Assembly (NCBI GenBank): GCA_013115145.1
Contig: JAAPAO010000147.1
Span: 1-62,599 of the forward strand
Source of the DNA: Perkinsus chesapeaki ATCC PRA-425
Taxonomy: Eukaryota; Protista; Perkinsozoa
DNA: 62,599 nucleotides
Direction: 5' to 3'
Shown here: piece after piece, positions 47,665 to 59,274 of the stretch
Layout of the letters: every line of letters starts with the position of its first letter
How positions within the stretch are numbered: position 1 is the stretch's first letter
Translations under genes and position numbers: made by a program
Notes under the pieces: model-generated
The model's input: the letters and a program-made list of their open reading frames with translations, nothing else
The model's database searches: none
What the model was told of the DNA's origin: nothing

Positions 47665-49635
47665 CTAGGCGTGAACGGTCCAGAGAGCTATGTTGCTCAT
47701 CGAGCAGCGGCAGTCTGTGTGGTAGCTTACTGATGGTGAAATTGACATTAACCAAAGTCCGGCAGGGATTGTAAAAAAAACAGTCATATTAGAGGGATGC
47801 AGCATCATCATCTTGGTTATCAATTGGAGCCCATTTGTTACCGATTGGACTGCTGTCACCATCAGCCTTACCAAAGGCATTACCACCCCAATTCTGGAAG
47901 TGGCACCTCAAACCAAGATACCTATAATTGAGGAAATGCAAGATGTAGCAAGATTGCAAGATATTACGGTGCTGTGGTTCCTCCTCTCATACCAATTGTA
48001 GCGGCTATCATGCCAGACATTTGAGTCCATGATTTTGCAGCGACTGTTAGACCGACACCGGAGACTGTTGAGAGACGGGCTTTAAGGAGCCAGTTCTGGG
48101 AAGGATGAAAAATAGAAGGTTTCAAGCGTTATCGAGCTTGGTATGCCGATTCATGCGGAGGGCGAGCTCACTTTGTTGGGCTGCCAAGAGGCTCCAATGG
48201 CGACCTCAGAAGTGCCAGTGTCACCATGACGATTAGCTTCCACGGCTAAGTCAACGTAATTAGCGACCGCAGCTACATGCTTGTCTTCGAGGATATTATA
48301 ACACTGAAGAGGAAGGCAGCTACAGTCTAGCAGGGAACGGTGCGAAATTATAAATCCTATGGTTAATTATCCGCGAAGGTTCGATCCCCTCACCTTTCGT
48401 TTAATAACGATTAGTTGATGATAGGCTGCCATCACCGACTCCGTGGCGCTATTGTACTCCGCCACCAGCTGATAGTCTCCCCCTTTCGAGATGTAATTAG
48501 CATTCTCCATGGCAGACGAGAATGCACCAACGCAGCGGTAACTAAAGCTTCAATGTGACCTAAAGATACTCCAGATTGCTCACCCGGAAGATTTTCCTGT
48601 CATGCTGACCCAGGCTTGGATTCCTCCCGATAAACCTTAACACGTTCACAGTGAACCACATTACTCGGTCGAACTCACCGAAGTTGGTCCGCCCCCAGAG
48701 CCATCCAGAAAACAGGGGCGCCCTTCGAGTGTCCTCAGAAATGGTTGACGATGATGATGCCACCGAGCTACCACTCACACCACAACTTTCGCTGTTAGAA
48801 GCGGTTGATGTGCTATGGTGAGATGAGGGAAGATTGCTACCAGACGCCAGGCAAATACCGTAGGATGAATTGTTATAGTCAACACGAACGCCTGACGAAC
48901 ACGAGTCGATGCGCTTGGTCGATGGTCCGTCTCACCGAGGTTGTTGTCATCGATACCAGTGCCTTGACCAATCGTACCGAATACGGCACTTGTTCCTTCA
49001 TTATTGATACCAACTGGGCGAGAAGCGAAACCACTGGCCGACAAGCCACCAGCGGTTGTAAGGCGAACGCGGCCGGCTGCGTCCAGGGGTGACCAGGGAC
49101 CGCTGAGAAGGGAGGGGGGGGGTGTTGAACGATACCAAGATAGGCTAGTGGCTGCTTACTCTTTTGGTAAGGACACCTTAATCTGTAGGCCGTCCCTTCC
49201 TGTGTCCAAACCATCAACCTTGCTCATAGCGCCTTTGAGGTCCACACAGTACGGTATCTAAGGATGTACCTCACAGACCACCGACGAGGCTGTTGTTGGC
49301 GTACAGTGACATTTGCCTCTACCTTAGCGAAGGGGGGCTGCTCTGGTGCCACCGAAAATGACAAGTGTGTCTGAAAGGAGAAGTCCGGTAGTTGGCATAA
49401 ATAACAAGTTGTTGTTTACTGCTTCTGCAACACATTCGTTAAGTACTCTCCTTCTTGCTCTTTGCAGCAGGAAGTGCTGGGAAAGTGGTTTAGTGTATCG
49501 CTCTACAGTGTCATCAATAACAGTTCGGAAACGAGGTGGTACTAGAACAAACGACGGCTCTGGTGCCGCATCAGGAGATCTGAAAACACCGCCGATGTTA
49601 CTCAGCCAGCCTCGAGCATTTGGCTGGTCCGTCAC
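47665..49635 (-). CDS. OM47-like mitochondrial outer-membrane beta-barrel (porin-related)
   Basis: PEPSFVLVPPRF, YHQLIVIKRK|CYNILEDKHVAAVANYVDL and IGASWQPNKNWLLKARL..AAKSW recall plant OM47 (from memory). The 3' end is uncertain. Confidence 0.55.
47922..47967 (-). mobile_element. 46-nt intron carrying the shared 35-nt core (copy 3)
   Basis: Core 47928-47962 reads atcttgcaatcttg-ctac-atcttgcatttcctcaa. The donor was chosen because it keeps the frame (GTTAP|YLGLRCHF). Confidence 0.55.
48321..48402 (+). pseudogene. tRNA-Ser-like element antisense in the 90-nt intron 48304-48393
   Basis: GCGA..AAATCC..CCGCGAAGG TTCGATC CCCTC ACCTTTC G TTT aligns with the class II tRNA-Ser layout. T-stem has 4/5 pairs. 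Confidence 0.6.
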
Positions 49636-49698
49636 GAATATCGAACGTGTCGTTGTATAATATTGAAGCCAATGTTAGTCAGGGATACAATCGGCCTT

Positions 49699-50690
49699 AT
49701 TTATCGAACCTTGGAGGCATTATGAGTGTTTGGATATTAACTGCTTTCCTCCTCATTGGAACAATTCCACTACTACATCGCTGCAATGTACGCTCGTTAC
49801 TGCTCACGATGCCAAATCTAATTTATTAAATTTCACGTGCCCTCTGATTAAACATTGGAATACTAACGTCGAGGAGATGTATTTCACAAAGGCAGCAGAA
49901 GTAGGCAGGAAATGTACTGATACACTACTGAAGTCGATATGCCATGGCTAAAGCCATTGAAGAGCCATGGCCCCGGAGGAGGGGCACTGGTGGGATTGAT
50001 CAGCACTTACTCTGTATTCACTTTTGTTGTTGTTGTCGTAGTGGTGGTGGTATTGCTCATGTCACCTGTAGGGGTTTCTGATGTACTCATAATAAACAGA
50101 GTATCAAGGATACCAACAACTACAAGTCGAAGCAATAGTAAACAAGATGGGCTTCAGGCTGGGAAAGTTATGAACCTAAAACCACTCCCGCATACGTGAA
50201 CTGCCATTTTCGGTATTGGATATGAGCGCAGCCACTCAGCTTTACCAAGCCCGGAATTCTTTTGAGTAGTTAGATTTGGTCAACGACAGTGTAGAATGTG
50301 AAGGAGCTGGTTTAACCCCTCCTTACTATTATAACACAACAAGTGATGCGAGCTGCGCAGTAGTAGTAATTATGATTATCACAAAACCTTACCAAAGGGC
50401 GGGGTCCTTCTTAACCGTGAAGGAGGGCTTCAATGAGAATGGACAAGCATTTGCAAGAATGATGTTATGACTACCGAAATATTAATGTATTTGAGGAACA
50501 AGTATGGAAGGATAATAATATCGCTCAGTCGTGATGGAGATCGATGAAGACGTTGTAATGGTCATCGTCCTCAACCATATAAGAAGTGAACAGAAGAAGG
50601 ATAAGAATCAACTAAACCCTGGGAAGCAGCAGCAGACGCCTCGCTCTGGAGGAGGAGAAGGCCGCTGAAGAATATCAAGAATGCCTTTTC
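49699..50690 (-). CDS. Putative small multi-exon hypothetical gene
   Basis: Exon-like pieces: a hydrophobic AFLIFFSGLLLL segment and a final FGIVSS..MPPRFDK*. Not fully joined. Confidence 0.3.
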
Positions 50691-50790
50691 ATGATAACAG
50701 TTACAAAATATCACGTTTTTGATAGTATACCAGTGATGTGGGTTTTAACAGCATCATCTTCGATAACAGCAGCAGCACCAGTGGGGCTTA

Positions 50791-51660
50791 TCACACTTGG
50801 ACAACCTTGACGCCATTTGGTGGCACTTGAACAGATGTCACAGTGGCAGTCTGAGGATAGGCCTGCTCTTGATGCTTCTTATTCTTTTTACCACAAATAA
50901 GCACACATGTGAATACAACAGGTGGTAAAGCAAAGAAGGCAACAACCCACAAGCCAATCAAAGCACCGAGAGCGTAGTCGCTGACAGTACTAATAACTTC
51001 TACGTTACTTGCGCACCATCCGTTGGCTGCAGCCACATCACCGTTGATGCCGTCGGCATTCACAGACTCCTGCAGACACTGGTTGTATGCAGAAGAGGTT
51101 TGCCTTACAAAATCGTCATCGTTCAAAGTAGTGCCACCAATGACCCACTTGGCCATTCTGTTCTCGACATCGCTGTTATCACAGGTAACCTCGCCGCACG
51201 TCACGAAAGCATTGTCGGGCGTGCAAGTGACGTTGCAGTTATCATCGCGGAAAACTCCACCGTACCCTTCACGAATGTGATCGTAGGCACGCTTATTGTC
51301 ACCACCGAGATAGTTGAGCTGCGCTGGTGCCATATGCTTCAAATCGTTGGATATACCATAGAACGAGCTAGCACCACAGGCAACAACAATATAAAGGCAA
51401 AGAAGGCCGGCTGAGACCAACCAAAAGATAACTAGCATACAGCGATTCTGGTTCTTAGTCGCAAAGCATGAGATAACGGCGAATATCATCATTATGAAAC
51501 CGACAACGACGGCAATCCATATCCACCACTGCTGCATGAGATCACGCCAATCGGACTGCAAATACCAAATAGAAATACCGGCCACTACACCGCCGAGGGC
51601 AAAGAGGAATATGTTGTAAACATAGTTGATGCCCTTGGAACAATTTGTACAGCAACCCAT
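50791..51660 (-). CDS. Tetraspanin-like protein 9
   Basis: Intronless ORF starting MGCC, 4 TM, WCASN motif, ends VVQV. Confidence 0.82.
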   Translation of the reverse strand: MGCCTNCSKGINYVYNIFLFALGGVVAGISIWYLQSDWRDLMQQWWIWIAVVVGFIMMIFAVISCFATKNQNRCMLVIFWLVSAGLLCLYIVVACGASSFYGISNDLKHMAPAQLNYLGGDNKRAYDHIREGYGGVFRDDNCNVTCTPDNAFVTCGEVTCDNSDVENRMAKWVIGGTTLNDDDFVRQTSSAYNQCLQESVNADGINGDVAAANGWCASNVEVISTVSDYALGALIGLWVVAFFALPPVVFTCVLICGKKNKKHQEQAYPQTATVTSVQVPPNGVKVVQV

Positions 51661-52115
51661 TGAGAATAAATAACCTTAAAATGAACAGTGACTAGCAGGA
51701 GCACACTCAGTAGTAGACAGGGAAAAGCTAAACGGTAGAGAGGGCAACACAAAAAGGAGCGTCCCTAACACAATTGTGGAGTGAGTCCTGTCTCTGATGG
51801 GACAGGAATTTTGCTCAACTTCTCCGCCACTCGGACCCTATATGTATATTCGACACCTCAATCAGGAGGAGATTTTCCGACGCTATTGGCTATGGTACAT
51901 ACGCTTGCTTAAAGTAGAGCTCAACAACAAGAACGGTGGGTCTGAAAAGCTTTGCGCACGCGTGCTACACAACCAGAAAGCCATGGCCACTCGGTCGAAC
52001 TCAACAAAGGCGATTTGAGAAAGGCAATGTGCCGCCAAAGAAGTATAGGCGACTGAGCGACAAATAATTGTATATAATCATTACTGTATGAATAGCAAAC
52101 GAGGATCAGGAGGAA

Positions 52116-53045
52116 CTAAATGCGCACAACCGTGACGTTCTCAGGTGGGGTTTTTATTGGCGCTCCATCATCGTAAACGTCATCAACTTGGACACCACCA
52201 TCATTTGCCTCTTCATGGACCACATAGGCATTTGCCTGCCTTTGCCTTCTAGCCGACATCAAGTAAAGATCATAGGCCATAGGGACCACAGCAAACACCA
52301 AGGCTACCCAAAGACCTATCATAGCACCCAAAGCATAGTGGCTGACATCATCAACAACCGAGGCATTGCTGGAACACCATCCTTGAGCAGCTTCTTCATT
52401 CATTCGCATACCAGCGGTAAGGATGGTCTCGTCCATGCAGTCGGTGAAAGTGCTGGCCTCGGATACGCCAGAGGTCTGATAACTTCCCTCTCGGACCCAA
52501 TCGTTCATTTGGTCCTCAACTCTCGAGTTCAAACATGTAACAGTAGAACAAGATACGGTAGTGTTTCCAACATCACAGCTCATTCGGCATCCTTGATCGT
52601 TCCACACTTCACCATAGCCCCACCTGATGTGGTCATAGACGCTCCAATCGGCATTGTGAATGTAACCGATGTCATAGGCTGACTTATGGGTTAGGTTGGT
52701 GGTGCTGGCGTAGTAGACAGAGGAACCACAGGCAATTATTAATAGGCAGAAACATATAGCAGACCAACACATCCAAATGAACATCAGCATCACCGAGTTG
52801 CGCTGCTTGGCTTGGACGATTTCGAAGAGGGAAAGAATCATCATACCAAAGCCGACGAATAGAGCGATCCAGACATACCACACTTGCATTAATCGACGGA
52901 ACTTTGCTTGAAGATACCATATAGCGATACCAGCAACAACACCGCCAGCTGCGAAAATTAGGGCATTGTAGAGAAAGCTCGAGCATCGGCTTGAAGAGGA
53001 TGACGAGGTGGTAGCATCATCATCAGTGCATTCGTGAATTTCCAT
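52116..53045 (-). CDS. Tetraspanin-like protein 10
   Basis: Intronless, 4 TM, WCSSN motif, ends VVRI. Confidence 0.78.
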   Translation of the reverse strand: MEIHECTDDDATTSSSSSSRCSSFLYNALIFAAGGVVAGIAIWYLQAKFRRLMQVWYVWIALFVGFGMMILSLFEIVQAKQRNSVMLMFIWMCWSAICFCLLIIACGSSVYYASTTNLTHKSAYDIGYIHNADWSVYDHIRWGYGEVWNDQGCRMSCDVGNTTVSCSTVTCLNSRVEDQMNDWVREGSYQTSGVSEASTFTDCMDETILTAGMRMNEEAAQGWCSSNASVVDDVSHYALGAMIGLWVALVFAVVPMAYDLYLMSARRQRQANAYVVHEEANDGGVQVDDVYDDGAPIKTPPENVTVVRI

Positions 53046-53693
53046 TACAAAGTGTTGGTATTATTAAACTGAGTAACAGTCGCAATGAAGGCACTAAGTG
53101 ATGCCAATTGTAACTTTCCGGAAGGGTCTGGGTCTAGAATTCCACAATTAAGCCAAGATGGAATGATGAGGTACTTCTTAGCAGCCTCTTCTCAGCCATC
53201 ACGCGAGCTCTGCAACTCACCAAGGAATTCACACATTTTCATGCGAAGACGTACAAAAATCGAACAATACAATTTTCTCGTCGCCAACACGTGTAGGCAT
53301 TGATCGGCAGTATCATCTGCTACGGTGTTGATATGACGTCGGCAGTCGGTGCTAGCCGTAGCAGACTGAAGCCTGCAAGTTTGCAGGCAGAAAAACAAAT
53401 ACGAAATCAAGTCAAATATATCGAAAGTCATCTCCCTTGGACGATCGTCAGCACTGATAACACAACTACAGTCGATAGTACTAGAGAAGACACTCACCAC
53501 ATTTTTTTATAACTGCAGCAGTTCAGAATCACAGTTCCGCACTTCTACTAGAAATGAGATAGATTTGACGAGCAGCCTCCCGAGACGGAATCAAAATAAC
53601 TTGCTCGATATAGAGAGCGCTATTGGAGCGCATGAAACGGAAAGATACAAAATAGGTTAGATTGAGACCCCTACGGAGGGGCAACAAAATAAA

Positions 53694-54527
53694 TTAAACT
53701 TTAACGACTGTGACGCCATTGCCAGCCGGAGTCTGGACCACATCAGTCTTCGGTGACACCACAACTCCCTTCTTGGGCTTATCAGACCAAATCAGCACAC
53801 AATTGCCGACAGCCATTAGCAGGGTTAAAGCAACAACGCACCAGAGAACGATCATAGTTCCCAAAGCATAGTCCCAGAACCACTTGATAGCATAGGTATT
53901 ACTGGCGCACCAAGCCTCTGAAGCGGTTTTATCCTTATCATCTTCAACAGAGTCAGCAACACAAACCGTAAAGGCAGGGACATTGGTGGTCCACCAGTGG
54001 GGGCCGATCCAACCGTCAAGCCTGTCCTCGATGTCCTCGGTGTCGCACGTAATCGAACCACACTTCACTTCACCATTCGAAGCATCACATTTAACGTCAC
54101 AATCATCGCCGGTGAATACAGCAATATAACCATCACGAATCTGCTTATAGACATCTTCCTCGTAACCAGAGACAGCATTGAGCTCCTCGGCAGACATGCC
54201 TTTGAGGCTGTTAGTGCCAGAGAAGAACATACTAGAGGCAATGGCGCTGATAGCAAACAGTACAAACAGGACGACTGCCGCAATCCATAGGAAGGACAAC
54301 ACACACTTATTCTGCTTAAGCGAACCGAAGCAACCAACGAATGATAACAGCGCCAAGAGGATACCAGTGATGACAGCGATCCACACCCACCATTCGGGGA
54401 TGAAGTCACTGTAGTCGCTGACGAGGTACCAGATGCCCATGCCGGCTACGAAGCCACCGACGACGAATAGTAGGAAACAAAATATAATATTAATAGATTT
54501 GCTCAAACATTTACAGCAACTCGCCAT
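53694..54527 (-). CDS. Tetraspanin-like protein 11
   Basis: Starts MASCCKC, 4 TM, WCASN motif, ends VVKV. Confidence 0.82.
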   Translation of the reverse strand: MASCCKCLSKSINIIFCFLLFVVGGFVAGMGIWYLVSDYSDFIPEWWVWIAVITGILLALLSFVGCFGSLKQNKCVLSFLWIAAVVLFVLFAISAIASSMFFSGTNSLKGMSAEELNAVSGYEEDVYKQIRDGYIAVFTGDDCDVKCDASNGEVKCGSITCDTEDIEDRLDGWIGPHWWTTNVPAFTVCVADSVEDDKDKTASEAWCASNTYAIKWFWDYALGTMIVLWCVVALTLLMAVGNCVLIWSDKPKKGVVVSPKTDVVQTPAGNGVTVVKV

Positions 54528-54910
54528 GGAGGAGGTAGAATTAAAATCAACTGAATAAGAATGGAAGTGTCGGTATGAAAGTCGAACTACCAACTACTAG
54601 CATGTGCTAGTCGATTGCGACGACACAAAAAAGGGGACAGCTAATGTGAGAGCCACCGGTACAAATACCGATATGGGCTCTATTGCACTTTAGGAAAAAA
54701 CTCGAAGCTCAAGAAAAAATTTCCCAGAAACAATAGCGATAAATAAATTCCTTAAAGCGACTTATTCACATTCATTTAACGAATGAATTTCATTATCGAG
54801 GATAATTGTACAACGTTAAGATGGTGGTTCAATCGGTTTCTTCGAACCAACTACATAGACCTACTGTGAGACCTTTGCTAGTGGAATCTAACTGCTCTAT
54901 TGGATACATA

Positions 54911-56200
54911 CTAGGTTAACTCAACACCCATTGGTGAGACAGAGAACACAAACGAACACTGCAGCCTCAATAACGAGAAAGGAACTAGATAACAACCATC
55001 GTTGATAATAGCAGCAGCAACTACTGCTGAAAACGGTAAAAATAGTCTATAAAAAGAAGTACTGTGAAGTTGTACAGTTATCCATACCATTCTTTCGCCA
55101 CAAACCAAGCCAATAACCCCAAACAACAACGCCACTACACAAAAACCTCTCCACCTTCACAAACAGTTTTAATAAGACTATAACCGTTGTCCAATGATAA
55201 GCGTCTAAAGCAATACGAGGGAATGCTAACCTCGAATAAGATGTTACCAACACCCGTTTTGGGAGAGCAATACAACTCAGAATAGAAACAATAGACTATT
55301 GAACATGAACAACAACAAGAGTAGAGGTGATATCCTAATCCTTTATCGGGCAGAAGCCAAAAGCCAAGGAGCGACGGAGACAAGTAATGGAAACCGTCAA
55401 GACCTCGGAATTAGCACGGACACTCCGACCCCTGTTATAATAGCTTTACCGCCCTCGATAATAACCGATAATGAAAATACTAATTATTATTGTTATATAC
55501 GGACGATAGGAGATACTATAGAAACAACCACACAACCATCAAATCTGTCATCTCCGAAGGTCGTATGTATATAACGATAATAATAGTAGTAATTGACATT
55601 ACGGTGGGTAAGAGTAACAACAGCAGTAGTTGGAGCTACAAATGCATTATTACTATATAGGGATCGAAAGGCCAGCAACAATATCAGCATTAGAAGGAAT
55701 TGTCATCATCATCTCCTAATGGGGACGAATGTCTTAGTTATTCTTAGTCTTAGGCCTTTTCTACTAAATTGGTATAAGTATGATAGTATAATAAAGGACT
55801 GTTATAGACAACAGTCCTTATGGGGGTGAGGGAGAACCCATTCAACGATAATAACAGTTAACTTCGACAACGACGACGACAAATAACACCAACAATTAGC
55901 AGGCAGTACCGCCGCGGTCTCTACTATGACCGTCAGCAGCAGTAGCACTGTGTTGATGAATACAATATTATTATGAATGGTAGTAGTTGGAAATACGGCG
56001 TTGTGACCCTCTTAAGAGCGCTCGAAAGTTAAGAAAGAAAAAGAATCGAAGCGCCCTTTTCCAACCACACCGATAGTTATGATGATGATGATGAATAGAA
56101 AGTGGTGGATATACAGCAAAATAGAAACATAAGTTAATGGCAGCAGCAGCATGGGGAAAAATACAATAGTTACTTTAATAACATCATCATCATGGCTTAT
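54911..56200 (-). CDS. Possible multi-exon membrane protein (unresolved)
   Basis: Several short hydrophobic minus-strand ORFs in AT-rich intron-like context. Confidence 0.25.
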
Positions 56201-56285
56201 CCTGTAAAGATTAGTAGAGGAGATAGACTAGCACAGAAACATGAGTAAAAAAGGAAGGCATTGTCATCCGCCAATACATTAGCAT

Positions 56286-59037
56286 TCAATGTTGTAGCTC
56301 AGTTACTGGCTGATTTGATGGTGTTCTTATTAACACTTCATCCGCTTGATACTGCTGCCGGACTTCAGCGCTCATTGGCGTTGACGATGACATCGATGTT
56401 ATCCCACCATCATCATCATCATCCGACTCGCTATCATCTTCACTTTTTTTAACTTCATCGATACTATCATTATTTTTACGATCTTTTCCTAACAGCCGTT
56501 TGACAGCTTTACTCGTACTGTGATAAAGGTACTTCACTCCACGGATGAGGGGACCGAAGCATATCATCATATCCTGTTTGATATATTGCATACCACGATA
56601 GAGATCCTCCTTTACACAATAGAAGCATAAACTCGCATAAAGATAAGCCACAGCGCCAATGATAGCCCATGCATACCTAAAAATAGCACCATCTAGGTTC
56701 GAACCTGGAACGTTATCATGAAGGCTTAAAAGCCTAACCAACTGATCTAAATAACCTCCTCCTCATTTTCTTACCATGGCCAGTCCAGCGGCACCAATGT
56801 GGTGATGATGAGGTAGACGTTAATGGCCAATATGATAAGAGCCAACATCCATATGAATGCACTCCACCATCGATTTAGGGCGAAACTGACGATACGAGAA
56901 AATAACAGGAAAAATACCGACAATGAAAACTAATTCGGAAAAGCCTTTGCCTCCTTTTTTCACTACTTACTCTCCCATAACCTTCTTGCTCATGGAGTAA
57001 TGCAATAACGGTAATAAGGCAAATGGAAGTTGAATAGACTGAAGAATATTCAACCATGCATTAACCCCATTCATACCCGAAATGGCACTCTAAACAACAA
57101 CAAATAATAATAATAACAATAATAACCCTTAGTAACAATATTACTACCTCTAATAAAGCGATCGCAAGTGCTGGGCCAAGAGCTATTGTTCGGGTTAATA
57201 GCACACGCACCCACATAGAGATCTTAATATGCATAAATCCCTCCATCACATACTGACCAGCCATTGTCCCTGTTAAAGTACTTGCTTGACCGGCAGCTAA
57301 CACACCAACTGCGAAGATATACTTCATAGCATCAGATGATCTGTTATAGAAGGAATCCAAGAAGGCAGTGGAAATGTACACATTATTATTACATAACAGA
57401 CGATAGCGCCTCAGCTGCATTTTCTAGGCCAACCATTGCACATATACCCGTCTCACCATAGCCAGTAGTACACTGGCAAATTGGATCGGATGGATCACAG
57501 GCATTCACACTCCAGTCTGAAAGATGCAAGCAAATTACATATATATTATGATCGTATCATTTATATATTAACAATGACGTAGAATAGTCCCCGAACAGCT
57601 CCCCCAAACAGTTTTTTGGCAGCCTGTATAGATAACCGACTTTAAGCTCACTTACCTACTTCACAGATAGAGATTTAAATAATCTTTTACTTAATATCTG
57701 TTAATTTATTACGAATAAATATATATAATATTTCTTCAGTTTAAATATAGTTCTAATAATACGGCCAAGTAGAAAAGCACACAAAAGATAATTAATCTAC
57801 CAAGCCGTGTACAGCATACACCGTTATTTCCTAATGTGACAGCGTCAAAACAGATGTGGAGCAGGGCTAATCAAAAATTTCCCTTCTTTATTACCATCAG
57901 GGCTACTAAGGCATGCCAATGGCCCGTTAGATTTCCTAGCGCAATGCTCTGAAAACATACCGTATGCAAAGGAGCACACCACAGCCATATTGATAATGAA
58001 AGATATCAGAATAGACGAGCAAGCATCGATACTCAAATACCTAACAATGGGGAATACTCATCCACTTTCATCTGCTTCTAAAAATACTACTTATTTGCCT
58101 GCCTCACCATCTCATGATTTTTACTATCGATATTTCTTGACTGCACTAAAGCGGAATGTAAGTATAGATTATGTGGCATAATAACCGCACCAACAATACC
58201 AACCAACTGCATAATAGCATAACTCGACACCTCAGGTATAAATCCCTTAGCCACATCAACAGCCGGTGGAGAGGTAATGGCCATATTGGCAAAGAAGCAT
58301 CCCATCATAACCATAATAAGTATAAAGATGAATGCCTCCATCACTCGCATACCATGCCAGATTTGGATAAAGAGGAACGTCAGCGTATCAGCAGCGGTGA
58401 TGAGCACACCTATCCACATATCGATCCCAAACAGCACATGGAAAGCTGTGGCGGTGCCAACGACTTCTTGAATGTCCGAACCAATGATGGCAATCTCACT
58501 CATAATCCATAATATATTCGATACTTTCCTGGAATACCCTCGACGACAATTCTCAGCCAAACTCTCACCGGTAGCAGCACCAATTCGACATGCACATATT
58601 TGTAACATCAAACCAGCAACATGTGCCAAGAACAACACCCACAGCAACTGGAAACCAGTAAAGGCACCTGCTTGCAGATCAGCTTCAAGGTTACCAGGAT
58701 CTAGATAAGCTAATGACATTAGCCAACCAGGACCAGTATATTTAAAGAATGTACGAAATGAGAACTTAACCCCAGGTGGATCTATTGGTAAATCAACTCG
58801 ATGGCCTTCCCTAATAATCGGTCCAGGATCCTCATCATCGCTCATACCGCTCTTCTCTTTAGGACTCTGTGATGCCATGGTAGTATCGTCGTCACCAGCA
58901 TTAACATTAACCAATGACCCAGTAGAGAATGTAGTCGTTGTCGATGATGGGCTCGATTCCTCAAAACCACCTTCAGCAGGTGGTGGTAACGTGGCTGGTG
59001 CTGGCACGTCTTCAGCAACACCGCTTGCATTTGACAT
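56286..59037 (-). CDS. NRAMP: NRAMP divalent metal (Fe/Mn) transporter
   Basis: [54 protein letters not shown] and [21 protein letters not shown]. Confidence 0.95.
56677..56774 (-). pseudogene. 98-nt NRAMP intron ending in a 73-nt tRNA-shaped element
   Basis: A-box TAGATCAGTTGG, B-box GGTTCGAACC 46 nt after T8, 3' end TGGTGCTA followed by TTTTTAG. The exons join in frame (DWP-W-YAW). Confidence 0.75.
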
Positions 59038-59274
59038 GACCCCTATTGATTATCAAAACTAAAGAACTGTTAGCGGCATAAATCAGTTAAGCTAGAGCAA
59101 CCCCAAAGCCATTTTACTACAGCACTGTCTAACATCACCACCCAACTACGATGTGCTAAAAGCGCGCGCCCAGTTGATCGATTTCGAACTCAACTGCGAA
59201 TGTAAGATACTCATTAAAACAGCACTAGTAAGAGTATAAAATGAATCTTAGCTTCAACCGTGCGTTTCACAAAC

